Of a DNA stretch of 64,000 bases, positions 24,934 to 38,030 are shown one piece after another (position 1 is the first letter of the stretch; each line of letters starts with the position of its first letter). The stretch lies in the NCBI RefSeq assembly GCF_964213995.1, contig NC_135823.1, positions 558,001 to 622,000 on the forward strand, written 5' to 3'. This stretch comes from Mustelus asterias. Lineage: Eukaryota. The translations under genes and the position numbers were made by a program. Under the pieces are notes generated by a model. That model saw only the letters and a list, made by a program, of their open reading frames with translations. It was not told the DNA's origin and did not search any database.

Positions 24934-25462
24934 AAGAAGGCTCACAATATCAGGTTAAAGTCCAACAGGTTTCTTTGGCAGCATGAACTTTCGGAGCGCT
25001 GTTCCTTCATCAGGTGAATGAAAAATTAGTTTCACAAACAGGGCATATATAGACACAAACTCAATTACAAAATAATGGTTGGAAATCAAGTCTTAACAGG
25101 TAATCAAGTCTTTACAGGTGCAGACAATGTGTGAGGAGAGAGGGTTAAGCATAGGTTAAAGAGATGGAAATTGTCTCCAGACAGGACAGTTAGTGAGATG
25201 TTGCAAGCCCAGGCAAATCGTGGGGGTTACAGGTAGTGTGACATGAACCCAAGATCCCGGTTGAGGCCGTCCTCATGAGTGCGGAACTTGGTAATCAGTT
25301 TCTGTTCAGCGATTCTGCGTTGTAGTGTGTCGTGAAGGCCGCCTTGGAGAACGATTACCCGAAGATCAGAGGCTGAATGTCCTTGACTGCTGAAGTGTTC
25401 CCCGACAGGAAGGGAACACTTCTGCCTGGTGATTGTCGAGCGGTGTCCATTCATCCGTTGTC
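24934..25462 (-). mobile_element. Penelope-like element 3' end: GIY-YIG endonuclease C-terminus plus pLTR
   Basis: QRMNGHRSTI...PVGEHFS..GHS..DL...RRIAEQKLITKFRTHEDGLNRD; downstream CTGATGAAGGAACAGCGCTCCGAAA. Confidence 0.9.
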
Positions 25463-26134
25463 GGCCGACATGTGACTCCAGAGCCACAGCAATGTGATTG
25501 ACTCTGAAATGCCTTCCAAGTTTAACTAGAGATGGGCAATAAATGCTGGCTAGCCAACGACGGCCATGTCCCACGAATGAAAGAAATATGTAGCTGAAAG
25601 TTAGCCGATCAAGTCATTAGCAAATTTCTGTTCTGAAGATCTTGTTTTTGGGAAGTCTATTACTGAGTACAAAAGGAGAAACGTCACTGCAGTTCTAAAT
25701 ATGCTTCACTTACTGTAAAGAACCATGAAACATCCTGTGGTCGTGGTTGTTTCGATATTAAGCAGGACGACCAACATCTCACTGAATCAATGACAAACAT
25801 GTCCTGTTGCAGACCGCAGAAAGCAAAAAGTCAGCACTAACTGCTTACACATCAGCCCTTCAATATCTCTGAAATGTACATCTTTCAATTCATAATTTTG
25901 TAGCACAATTGTATAAAACGCAGATCGCAGCTTGGGACCATTCGGCCCATTTGCTCGGTGCTGTTGTTAATGCCCCACGCGTGCTTCATCCTATTTCCTC
26001 TTCCTATCAGCCATTAACATATCCTTCATTCATTTCTCTCTGCTGCCTCTCTCCAACTTTCCAATTGCATTCATTTCCGCCATTCATCTCAATCATTCCC
26101 TGTGATAGTGTGTTCCACCTTGTTCCACTTTCTG

Positions 26135-26530
26135 TTAACCTGCTTCCGTCGGGAAAAAAAGATAGAAAAGTCTCAGAACAGGTAACAAGCGACTCAAGAA
26201 AAGCTTCTTCCCTGCTGCCATCAGACTTTGAATGAACCGACCTTAGGTTAAGCTGATCTTTCTTGACAACCTAGTTATGACTGGAACATTATGTTCTGCA
26301 CCCTCTCCTTTCCTTCACCCCATGTAATCTACGTGCAGTATGCTCTGTCATTATAGCATGCAAGAAACATTTCACTGTTTATCAATAGATGTGACAATAT
26401 TAAATCAAATCTATACACACTATGAACGGAATGGTTTGTCTGTTTAGCGCAAGAAAGGATATTTTTCACTGTATACCAATAATAGATATTCGCTGTGGCA
26501 ATAATAAATCAAATCAATTGGAATCAAATC
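26135..26530 (+). mobile_element. Rex1/Babar tail with doubled terminal unit
   Basis: Homologous to 16200-16550. Confidence 0.8.
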
Positions 26531-26802
26531 ACTCACATTCTCCCTAATCTCCTGAATTTTGTACTGCTTTAACAGGTGACTAGCTTAGATGGTGACCAAT
26601 CCATTAGAAATCCTACGTCTGTACTTTCAACAATTTCATAATTGTAATCGTCTCTTTCCTGTCAACCCTCAATCGTCACTTGTTTTAGAGAGAAGAGCTC
26701 CAGGCTATTCAATGCTCACTGATAGTGAGAAGCTATGAATTCTGCTGTCAATCTTGTGAGGTATTTAGAACAACTGTTCCATTGGCTCTGTATCATTACC
26801 AG

Positions 26803-27113
26803 ATTCGGGACAGCCGTGCTCTGTTCTCCAACAGTGGTCCAATTGATATGGGTAGATATGTGAGGTGTTTTGCAAAATGTGCTCAGTGCGTTGCTGCATT
26901 TGGACCTGCAGTAAACAGGAAAACCACAGAGAGCTTTCGACCTCAATTTTATTTTCTAACACCAATCGTGTATGTATTAATAAACACAGAAAACAGCATT
27001 CACTCTGCATATTTCACACGTCCTTCACAGAGAGGATAAGCGCGTGTTCGCAATGAGATTCGGATTGGCATTCAGAGTCCCACCTATTGGCTCAAGGAGA
27101 ATGAGTTTTCTCG
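26803..27113 (+). pseudogene. Gene B, possible heavily decayed V-domain exon
   Basis: After accag| it reads DSGQPCSVLQ..EVFC..IWTCSKQ..NRVCINKHRKQHSLCIF, and in shifted frames LHREDKRVF and IGSRRMSFL. V-exon length, but with stops and frameshifts. Confidence 0.3.
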
Positions 27114-27499
27114 GGGTCTTTGCATTGTTTCATCTCTTTTGGACACTGAGGGTAAGATATCCTTGATGATTTCAGGTCGAGTGCATAATGCTTTCGATAT
27201 AGTAAATAAGGAAATACTATTTCCACTGAGGGCCAGTAACTGGAGAGACACAGATTGAAGAAAAAGGTACAAGTATCATATCCAGAGCTGGGAAGAATTG
27301 TTTTAAACATATTATTGCCAAATGGAAGCCGCTGCCAAAATGGGCGGTGTAAGCAGATTCAATAGGAAATTTCAAAAGGGGGACTTGACGGGGACACAAG
27401 TTGCAGAGGTATGGGGGAAACAAGAAAAGAGGAAGCGGGACTAATTAGATAAATTTGTCAAAGGTCCAGCAGAGGCACGAATGGCAGAATTGTCTCCAA

Positions 27500-28012
27500 C
27501 TTGGAGGGAGTGCAGAGAAGGTTCACCAGGTTGATACCAGAGGTGAGGGGTGTTGATTATGAGGAGAGCCTGAGCAGATTGGGTTTGTATTCGTTGGAAT
27601 TTAGAAGGCTGAGGGGGGATCTTATAGAGACCTATAAGATAATGAAGGGGCTGGATAGGGTAGAGATGGAGAGATTCTTTCCACTTAGAAAGGAAACTAG
27701 AACTAGAGGGCACAGCCTCAAAATAAAGGGGGGTCAGTTTAGGACAGAGTTGAGGAGGAACTTCTTCTCTTAGAGGGTGGTGAATCTCTGGAATTCTCTG
27801 CCCACTGAAGTGGTGGAGGCTACCTCGTTGAATATGTTTAAGTCATGGATAGATGGATTCCTGATCGGTAAGGGAATTAGGGGTTATAGGTATCAGGCGG
27901 GTAAGTGGAACTGATCCACTTCAGATCAGCCATGATCTTACTGAATGGCGGGGCAGACTCGAAGGGCTAGATGGCCTACGCCTGCTCCTATTTCTTATGT
28001 TCTTATGTTCTT
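27500..28012 (+). mobile_element. Young CR1 3' fragment
   Basis: LEGVQRRFTRLIP...RRNFFS; (TTCTTATG)n tail. Confidence 0.9.
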
Positions 28013-28159
28013 AACTGCGCTCTGCGGTGAAATGATTATGCAGTTTGGCATGCACGTTGAATTTGGAACAAAACAAATATTAACGAAGAGGAAAACGTTG
28101 TGTAGCAATCAGTAACAATTAATGAAAAGGATAAAAGCCGAATTAGAATAAGCGAATGC

Positions 28160-28665
28160 CTACAGCGTAGAAATAGGATGTTCAGCCCATCGAACAAGCA
28201 CCAGCAATAATTTCCACATAATTCCTTGTATTTACCCCACTAATCTCCCTGACACTGATGGCAATTGAGCATGTCCAATTCACATAATCTGCATATTTTT
28301 GGACACTAAGGGCCAATGTAGTATGGCCAATCCACCTAACCTGCGCATCTTTGGACAGGAAGGGGGAAATTAGCATGGCCAATCAAGCCAAACTGCACAT
28401 CTTCAGACGCTAAGGGGCAATTTCGCATGGCCATTCCACCTCACCTACAAATCATTGGACTTTAAGGACAATGTAGCATGGCCAATCCACATAGCCTAAA
28501 AGTTTTGGACACTAACAGGCAACTCGCCATGGCCAATTCTCCCAACCTGCACATCTTTGGAGCGTGGGAGAGAACAGGAGCACCCGGAGGAATTACACGT
28601 CAACACGGGGAGGATGTTCAAACTCCACACAGGCACTCGCTCAAGGTTGGAATGGAACTCAAGGC
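28160..28665 (-). mobile_element. HE1 SINE with about 6 tandem ~55-60-bp units
   Basis: Repeated AGCATGGCCAATCCACCTAACCTGCACATCTTTGGAC. Confidence 0.85.
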
Positions 28666-29242
28666 TCGGGTTCAATGTCACCTTTCCCGGGATAAAAGCT
28701 GTGAGCTTTCTCCATTTACAATATGGGCATCTGTAGAGAGGAGGGCTTTTCAGTTAGAACGTTGGAATAAATGATCAACTCTGGATAAAATTTAAGTGCC
28801 CAAAGACAGCAGAGAAGAAGAAAAAAGCATCGAAAACAGAATATATTTTCTGAAAAATGGTGCTTTGTAGAAGTTGTTTAATTTATTAAATTCACAAATA
28901 TCTGGCATTAAGAATCGACTGATGACCATGAAATAATTCTCAATTGCCAGAAAACCCCATGCGGTTCACTGATGTTCTTTAGGCAAGGACATCTGCCGTC
29001 TTTATCTGGTCTGTGCTGTTGATGTCTCCAGAACCACTGCAATGTAGTTGGCTCTCAACTGCTCTCCAAGGGCATTTACGGATGGGTAATTGAAGCTAAC
29101 CAGCCAGTGACGCCCATGTCCCATGAATGAATAATAATAAAAAAGATAGTTCCCATGTGTCCACTCCGGTGTTTCAAACAGATTTACAGGAGAATTGAGT
29201 TGGATTCCGCCTTTAGAATGTGAGCATGAAAACGGCGCAATC

Positions 29243-30545
29243 ATAAGACCATAAGATCATAAGACATAAGAGCAGAATTAGGCCACTCGGCCCATCGAGT
29301 CTGCTCTGCCATTCAATCGTGGCTGACATTTGTCTCATCCTCATTCTCCTGCCTTTTCCCCATATCCCCTGATCCCCTTATTGATCAGGAACTTATCTAT
29401 CTCTATCCTAAAGACATTCAATGACCTGGCCTTCACAGCCTTCTGAGGCAAAGAGTTCCACAGATTCACCACGCTCTGGCTGAACAAATTCCTCCTCATC
29501 TCTGTTTTAATGGATCGGCCCTTTCGCCTGAGGTTGTGCCCTCTGGTTCTAGTTTTTCCTACCAGTGGAAACATTCTCTCCCCGTCCAATCTATCCGGGC
29601 GAAGCAGTATCCTCGAAGTTTCAATAAGGTCCCCCCTCATCCTTCTAAACTCCACCTAGTACAGACCCAGAGTCCGTAACAGTTCCTCATACGATAAACT
29701 GTTCATTTCAGGGATCATTCTTCTGAACCTCCTCTGGATCCTTTTCAATGGCAGCACATCCTTCCCAGGATACGGGGCCCACAACTGCTCATAATACTAC
29801 AAATGCGTCTGACCAGAGCCTTATACAGCCTCAGAAGTACAGCTTTGCTCTTGTATTCTCGCCCTCTCGACATGGATGCTGACATTGCATTTGCCTTCCT
29901 AACTGCCGAATAAACCTGCACGTTAACCTGAAGAGAATCTTGAACAAGGACTCCCAAGTCCCTTTGTGTTTCTGATTTCTAAAGCATTTCCCCATTTAGA
30001 AAATAGTCTATGCCCTCCTTGCTCCTTCCAAAATGCATAACCTGACACTTATCCACATTATGTTCCACCTGCCATGTCTTTGCCCACTCTTCTAACCTGT
30101 CCAAGTCCATCTGCTTCCACCCCTCCACCCTCCCCCCCACGCCCCGCTTCTTCAATACTCCCTGTCCCTCGACATATCTTTGTATCATCTGCAAACTTAG
30201 CAACAGTGTCTTCAGTTCCTTCTTCCAAATCGTTAATGTATATTGTGAAAAGTTGTGGTCACAGCACCGGCCCCTGAGGCACACAGCTAGTCACCGGCTG
30301 CCATCCTGAAAAAGACCCATCTATCCCCACTCTCTGTCTTATGCCAGTCAGCCAATCCTCTATCCATGCCGGGATCTTACCCTTAATACCATGGACTCTC
30401 AATCTATGCGGCACCTTGTCAAAGGCCTAATGCAAATCTAAACAAATCAGGTCCACTGGTTCTCCTTTATCTAACGTCCTTCTTATCCCCTCAAAGAACT
30501 CTAACAGATTTGTCAGACATGACCGTTCCTTGACGAAGCCGTGAC
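29243..30545 (-). mobile_element. CR1 RT and 3' fragment
   Basis: Decayed RT motifs; (CATAAGAC)n tail. Confidence 0.9.
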
Positions 30546-30638
30546 TCTATAAGTCCAATCAATCATTAATCCATCACAGGCTTCTCAAAGTTTCAGCGTT
30601 TCGCATTTTGAAAATGTACTTCCTCTTTTTGTACCCAG

Positions 30639-30846
30639 AGAGCCGTGGACGTTCAGTCAGTGAGATGGCGTTGTGGGCACCGGTGGATTCGTGGATTTGG
30701 GTGACGGGCGGGAAACTTGACGATTTGTTGAAGATTAACCATGATGTTTTGCATAGAGGAGAGGCCTGGAAAGTTGGGGTCACCTCCTGCTGCTTCTATT
30801 GCTTGTGTTCTTCTTTCGGACAGAGGCAATATTGACATTGTTAGTG
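30639..30846 (+). pseudogene. Gene B, internally deleted and frameshifted C1-like exon
   Basis: Strong acceptor tcctctttttgtacccag| and donor G|gttagt. HDVLHRGEAWKVGVTSCCF resembles SHVMVSGVTWKSGAVCTCI of the gene A C1. The 208-nt length breaks frame. Confidence 0.4.
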
Positions 30847-32632
30847 GTTAGTGGCTGATCTGGCGATGTATGAAATTGAAACGTCTGATTACATTCACAG
30901 AGTCACTTCATATCAAACTGCTTAGATGCAATCATTTATTTATCCGTTCATAAACCCCCTCTCTCATTCTCATTTAAATACTTTCATTCGAAATATGTTG
31001 TCTAACTGCCTAGCTGTTTATCTTTGCGCCATTGACGAACCACCACCTCTCTCTACTTCTCTATATTTTCTCTCTCAATCCATGTAATTATGTCCCAGCG
31101 CAGTTTACCCTATTTTTCTCGGTCGGTATGTCTTCTTATCGCACANNNNNNNNNNNNNNNNNNNNNNNNNNNNNNNNNNNNNNNNNNNNNNNNNNNNNNN
31201 NNNNNNNNNNNNNNNNNNNNNNNNNNNNNNNNNNNNNNNNNNNNNNNNNNNNNNNNNNNNNNNNNNNNNNNNNNNNNNNNNNNNNNNNNNNNNNNNNNNN
31301 NNNNNNNNNNNNNNNNNNNNNNNNNNNNNNNNNNNNNNNNNNNNNNNNNNNNNNNNNNNNNNNNNNNNNNNNNNNNNNNNNNNNNNNNTCTCCTTCTATC
31401 TGTATGTCTCTCTCTGTCACTCGCTGTCTCTCTGTTTCTCGCTCTATGTCTTCTTTCTGTCTCTCTATTGATCCCTCTAGTAATCTCTGTATCTCTGCCT
31501 CTCCCTTCTCTCTCATAGTTACATGGTTCTCCATCTAAATATCGACCAATTCCTCTTCATGTATATCGAATGCTCTGCATTGTTTTCTCTCTTTTCTCAT
31601 ATCTCTTTCACGCGATCATGCTGTGCTGATCGATTTCTCTATTTCTGTCCGAGTTGTACCATTTCCTTTAAGATCTCCTCTGCCCACGTTTCTATGTGCG
31701 TCCCTTTTAAACTGAGTTCCATCAAATTTCCGTTCCATTAATGAATATCTCCTGCTGTCGATCTGTCTCTTTATTTATCGTCTTATTTAACGGTTCTCTG
31801 TAAGATCTTCTTCTCTCTCGTTCTCTCCCTCTCTCTCTCTCTCTCGTTCTCTTTGCCGGGCACTTGATTCCTCTCTTCCTCTCTCTCCCTGTCCATGCAA
31901 CTCTCTCCGAATTTAATATAAGCCTTCCTGGAATCATAAAAACCCTAAAGTGCAGGAGGAGGCCATTCGGTCTATTGAGTCTGCACCGACAACAATCTCA
32001 ACCCAGGCCCTATCCCCACAACCCCACACATTTATCCCGCTAATCCCTTCTTCCTACACATCCTGGGACACGATGGGTAATTTAGGATGGCCAATCAACC
32101 TAACCTGCGCATCTTTGGTCTGTGGGAAGAAACTGAAGCACCCGGAGGAAATCCATGCAGACTTTCTTTTCTCTCTGTCAGTCTTTCTTTTCACCCCACT
32201 CTCTGCATCTCCTTCTCTCGCTCGCTCACTCTCTCCCTTTCTCTCTCGCTGTCTTTCTCTCTAACTCTTTCCATTGATTTCTCCTTCTTCTGTCCCAGTT
32301 ACACGGTGCTCCATTTAAACATCCGCCGCTGTCTCTCCATATTCCTGTGGCGCTGTCTCTCGTTTATCTTTCTCCATATTAATTTCACGCGATGATGCTC
32401 GCTCTAATTGTTTCTATTTTTCTATCCAAGTTGAACACTTTTGTATCAGCCCTGCACCGTCAATCTCTCTATTCGTGGCGTGTTTGACCGGATTTCCACT
32501 AATATTCCGTTATATCACACTTAAACACAAATAAAAACGTGGACAGAGATCTTAAAGAAAATGGTGGAACTCGGGTGGAAATAGAGAAATAGATCAGAAC
32601 AGCATGATCACGTGAAAGAGATATGAGATATA

Positions 32633-32636
<4 letters not shown>

Positions 32637-32702
<66 letters not shown>
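32637..32702. repeat. (TA)n microsatellite followed by a CR1 3' fragment (about 32715-33265 +)
   Basis: About 33 TA units; HLEYCAQFWSPHYRKD downstream. Confidence 0.95.
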
Positions 32703-32706
<4 letters not shown>

Positions 32707-33568
32707 TATATATCTCACTCGTCAGACCCCACTTGGAGTACTGTGCTCAGTTCTGGTCGCCTCATTACAGGAAGGATGTGGAAAAGATTGAAAGTTTACA
32801 GAGGCGACTTACAAGGATGTTGCCTGGATTGAGTGGCATGCCTTATGAGGATAGGCTGAGGGAGCTCGGTCTTTTCTCCTTGGAGAGACGTAGGATGAGA
32901 GGAGACCAAATAGAGGTATATAAGAAGTTGAGAGGCATAGATCGGGTGGACTCTCAGAGGCTTTTTCCCAGGGTGGAAATGGCTGCTACGTGAGGACACA
33001 GGTTTAAGGTGCTGGGGTGCAGGTACAGGGGAAATGTTAGGGGAAAGTTTTTCACACAGATGGTGGTGGGTGCGTGGAATTGGCTGCCACCAGTGGTGGT
33101 GGAGGCAAACTCAATAGGGTTTTTAAAGAGACTCCTGGATGAGTACATGGGACTTAATAGGATGGAGGGTTATAGGTAGGCCTAAAAAGTAGGGATGTGT
33201 TCGGCACAACTTGTGGGGCCGAAGGGCCTGTTTTGTGCTGCAGTTTGCTATGCTTCTATGTTTCTATATCTCGGATGTCTCCTTCTGTCAATCAATCTAT
33301 TTATTTATATCTCTGTTATTCTAAATGTTCTCTATAAGAGCTCTGTCAATTATCTCCCTCTCTCTCCCTCTCTCACCCCACCACCCCACCTCGTGTCCTG
33401 TTGAAAAAGTGGTATTTAGGATCTCTGCTCTAATAATGATAGTCTCATAGACAAAACTGATTTCTGTTTTCGGGTGAAATCAGGCAGGCAGAGTTGAGAA
33501 AATTCTCCACTTGTTTAATCATTTCCACAATTCATTATTTTAACTAAAAGTTATTTTTCCTTTTGCAG

Positions 33569-33688
33569 ATTCTCCGCTCCCGACCAATTGCACTTTCCTG
33601 CTTTCCAGGGCTGTGACGATGGCGACACTTCTCCTTCTGGGATTGCTTCTTGTGGCCGCAAGAAGGGGCTTCAGGAACCGGCAGAGAG
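33569..33688 (+). pseudogene. Gene B, stalk plus TM exon with intramembrane Arg (activating-type)
   Basis: ttttccttttgcag| (D)SPLPTNCTFLLSRAVTMATLLLLGLLLVAARRGFRNRQR G|gtagcg; 120 nt, phase 1-1, open. Confidence 0.7.
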
Positions 33689-33822
33689 GTAGCGATTGTT
33701 GGGAGACACTTCAACTTTTTGCGCTCTCAATCCGTCCATTTGAACCTCATTATTGGCACCTTGAGCGGTTTCAGTGTGAAATTAGGCCAATGAGATTCAA
33801 CTTAAATTCCTCTTCCTAACAG

Positions 33823-33881
33823 GCACCGTGAACAGTGGCGAGGAATAGACAGGTTCCAGAGAGCACAAACTGAATCAAGAG
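33823..33881 (+). pseudogene. Gene B cytoplasmic exon with in-frame TAG
   Basis: tcttcctaacag|GTVNSGEE*TGSREHKLNQE|gtgaat; TAG at 33846-33848; phase 1-0. Confidence 0.5.
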
Positions 33882-34194
33882 GTGAATGAATGGAATTATT
33901 GCCAGTAGAGACAGATAATTTTCAGAAAATTTTAATTAATTGTTTAGAATTCAAGAAATCCTGGAAAAAGTCAGCAAGTCGAGGAGCATATGTGGAGAGA
34001 GAAACAATGTGTCAAGTGTCATAGAACCGTAGAATCATACAGCGCAGGAAAGGCCCTTCGGCCCATCGAGTCCGCACTAACACGTTAGAAACACTTGGAC
34101 TCCCAGCTAATTCCATCACTTGGCCCTTAACCTTGAATGTTGTGATGTGCCAAGTGCTCACTCAGGTACTCAAGAATGTTAGGGAACCTGCCTC

Positions 34195-37100
34195 GACACG
34201 TGGCTGAGGAACTGATGTGGGGGGGCAGGGTTTCAGATTTCTAGATCAGTGGGACCTCTTCTGTGGCAGGTGGGATCTGTACAAGAGAGACGGGTTACAC
34301 CTGAACTATAAGGGGACCAATATATTTGCAGGGAGATTTGCTAGTGTTATTGGGGAGGGTTTAAACTAGATTTGCAGGGGGATGGGAACCAGAGTGCCAG
34401 AGCAGATAGTGGAGCGGGGGTGAAAATAAATGATTGTAATAGTTCATGCAAAATCACAAATAGAAGGGTTGTGTGTGGTGGTAATAATCTTCTGAGGTGT
34501 GTCTATTTCAATGTCAGGAGTATTGTGGGGAAGGCAGACGAGCTGAGGGCGTGAATTGACACATGGAATTATGACATTATAGCCATTAGTTAAACGTGGC
34601 TAAAGGAGGGGCACGACTAGCAGCTCAATATTCCAGGGTTCCAATGTTTCAGACGTGATAGAGGCAGAGGGATGAAGGGTGGGGGGTTGGCATTGCTAGT
34701 CAGGGAAAATGTTACAGCAGTGCTCAGGCTGGACAGATTAGAGGGCTTGTCTACCGAGGCCATATGGGTGGAGCTGAGAAACAGGAACGGTATGACCACA
34801 TCAATGGGGTTGTATTATAGACCACCCAATAGTCAGCGAGAATTGGAGGAGCAAATCTGCAGAGAGATAGCAGACAACTGCAGGAAACATAAAGTTGTGA
34901 TAGTAGGGGATTTTAATTTTCCACATATAGATTGGGACTCCCATACTGTTAAAGGTCTAGACGGGTTAGAGTTTGTAAAATGTGTTCAGGAAAATTTTCT
35001 AAATCAATATATAGCGGTACCAACGAGACAAGATGCAATATTAGATCTCCTATTTGGAAACGAGTTAGGACAAGTGACGGAAGTGTGGGCAGGGGAACAC
35101 TTTGGTTTCAGTGATCATAACGCCATTACTTTCAAGTTGATCATGGATAAAGATAGATCTGGAATAGATGGACAATGAAACTGGAAAAAGGCCAAAATTG
35201 AAGAAATGAGAAAGGATCTAAAAAACGTGGATTGGGACAGGCTGTTCTCTGGCAAGGGTGTGAATGGTAAGTGGGAGGCCTTCAAAGGAGAAATTTTGAG
35301 AGTGCAGAGTTTGTATGTTCCTGTCAGGATTAAAGGCAAAGTGAATAAGAATAAGGAATCTTGGTTCTCGAGGGATATTGGAATTCTGATCAAGACGAAG
35401 AGAGAGATGTATGACATGTATAGGCAACAGGGAGCAAATAAGATGCTTGAGGAGTACAAAAAGTGCAAGAAACTAACTTAAGAAAGAAATCAGGAGGGCT
35501 AAAAGGAGACAAGAGGTTGCTTTGGCAGACAAGGTGAAGGATAATCCGAAGATCTTCTACAGGTATATTAAGAGCAAAAGGATCGTAAGGGATAAAATTG
35601 GTCCTCTTGAAGATCAGAGTGGTCGGCTATGTATGGAACCAAAAGAAATGGGGGAGATATTAAATGGGTATTTTGCATCCGTATTTACTAAGGAAACTAG
35701 CATGGAGTCATTGGAAATACGGCAAACAAGTGGGGAGGTCATGGAACCTATACAGATTAAAGGGGAGGAGGTGCTTGCTGTCTTGAGGCAAATCAGAGTA
35801 GATAAATCCCCAGGACCGGAGAGGGTATTCCCTCGGACCTTGAAGGAAACTAGTGTTGAAATTGCAGGGGCCCTGGCAGATATATTTAAAATGTCCATAT
35901 CCATGGGTGAGGTGCCGGATGATTGGAGGATAGCTCATGTTGTTCCGTTGTTTAAAAAAGGCTCAAAAAGAAATGCGAGAAAGTATAGGCCAATAAGTTT
36001 GACGTCAGTAGTAGGTAAATTATTGGAAGGAGTACTAAGAGATAGGACCTACAAATATTTGGATAGACCGGGACTTATTAGGGAGAGTCAACATGGCTTT
36101 GTGCGTGGTAGGTCATGTTTAACCAATCTATTAGAGTTTTTCGAGGAGGTTATCAGGAAAGTGGATGAAGGAAAGGCAGTGGATGTTGTCTACATGAACT
36201 TCAGTAAGGCCTTTGATAAGGTCCCGCATGGAAGGTTAGTTAGGAAGGTTCAGTAGCTAGGTGTACATGGAGAGGTAGTAAATTGGATTAGACATTGGCT
36301 CAATGGAAGAAGCCAGAGAGTGGTAGTGGAGGATTGCTTATCTGAGTGGAGGCCTGTGACTAGTGGTGTGCCACAGGGATCGGTGTTGGGTCCATTGTTG
36401 TTTGTCATCTATATCAATGAGCTGGATGATAATGTGGTAAATTGGATCAGCAAATTTGCTGATGATACAAAGATTGGAGGTGTAGTGGACAGTGAGGAAG
36501 GTTTTCAAAGCTTGCAGAGGGATTTGGACCAGCTCGAAAAATGGGCTGAAAATGGCAAATGGAGTTTAATGCAGACAAGTGTGAGGTATTGCACTTTGGA
36601 AGGACAAACCAAGGTAGAACATACAAGGTAAATGGTAGGACACTGAAGAGTGCAGTAGAACAGAGGGATCTGGGAATACAGATACATAGTTCCCTAAAAG
36701 TGGCATCACAGGCCGATAGGGTCGTGAAGAGTACTTTTGGTACATTGGGCTTTATAAATCAAAGTATTGAGTATAGGAGTTGGAATGTTATGGTGAGTTT
36801 GTATAAGACATTGATGAGGCCGAATTTAGAGTATTGTGTGCAGTTTTGGTCACCTAATTACAGGAAGGATATTAATAAAGTTGAAAGAGTGCAGAGAAGT
36901 TTACAAGGATGTTGCCCGGACTTGAGAAACTGAGTTACAGAGAAAGGTTGAATAGGTTAGGACTTCATTCCCTGGAGCGCAGAAGAATGAGGGGAGATTT
37001 GATAGAGGTGTAGAAAATTATGATGGGTATAGATAGAGTGAATGCGAGCAGGCTTTTTCCACTGAGGCGAGGGGAGAAAATAACGAGAGGACATGCCTTA

Positions 37101-37352
37101 AGAGTGATGGTGGAAAAGTTTAAAGGGAACATTAGGGGGCGGGGGGGGGGTGGCTTCTTCACACGGAGAGTGGTGGGAGTGTGGAGTGAGCTGCCAGATG
37201 AAGTGGCAGAAAAACTTGGACAGGTACATGGATGAGAGGGGTGTGGAGGGATATGGTCTAGGCGCAGCTCAGTGGGACGAGGCAGAAAAATGGTTCGGCA
37301 CAGCCAAGAAGGGCCAAAAGGCCTGTTTCTGTGCTGTAATGTTCTATGGTTC
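34195..37352 (+). mobile_element. Long 5'-truncated CR1 LINE (end of ORF1 esterase, APE endonuclease, RT, tail), decayed
   Basis: DGLHLN, CVYFNVRSI, YYRPP, VGDFNFP, SDHN, YRPISLTS, KFADD; several stops and frameshifts. Confidence 0.95.
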
Positions 37353-37369
37353 CATGACACCCTCCCAGG

Positions 37370-38030
37370 CCGCGCATTCCAGACCATCACCACCCTCTGG
37401 GTAAAAAAAAAAGGTTTTCCTCAATTCCGCCATGAAGGCTCCTGCACTCACCTTGTACCTTGTCCCCTCCTAATTGACCCTTTAACTAAGGGGAACAGGT
37501 TCACCTTATCCACTATGTCCATATCCCTCATAATCTTGTACACCTCGATCAGCTCGTCCCTCAGTTTTCTCTGTTTCAACGAAAACAACCCAAGCGTACC
37601 CAACCTCACTTTATAACTCAAATGTTCTTTGCCAGGCAGCATCCTGGTGAACGTCCTCTGGACCCCCTTCATTGCAATCATGTCCTTCCTGTCATGTGGC
37701 GACCTGAACTGAAAACAGTACTCTGGTTGTGGCCGCCCCAAAGTTCTATAAAACTCCAACATGACCTCCCTGCTTTTGTAATCCATACCTCGACTGATAA
37801 AAGCAAGTTCCCATATGTCTTTTTCGCCTACCTACTAACATGTCCTTACACCTTGAGAGATCTGTGGACAAAAACGGCAAGGTCTCTTTGTTTCACGGTA
37901 CATCCTAGTGTCAAACTGTTCAGTGGGTACTTTCTCGTCAAATTGCTCCTTCCAAAATGTATCACCTCACACATTTCAGGGTTAAATTCCATCTGTCACG
38001 TCTCTGCCCATTTGACTATTCCGTGTGAAT
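37370..38030 (-). mobile_element. CR1 fragment
   Basis: YKSREVML..RPQPEYC motifs. Confidence 0.85.

Noticed and set aside
25725-25792. Possible leader of gene B (MKHPVVVVVSILS)
   Set aside because: No phase-1 GT donor at the expected position; too weak.
26800-26905. Minus-strand exon-like segment with good splice sites; one frame contains LTYLPI
   Set aside because: That frame has a stop, and joining it to the 24915 acceptor creates TGA. It overlaps the plus-strand V-relic reading; unresolved.
30756-30846. Signal-peptide-like frame ESWGHLLLLLLLVFFFRTEAIL
   Set aside because: No in-frame ATG (CTG, with an upstream TAG); the C1-relic reading fits the exon order better.
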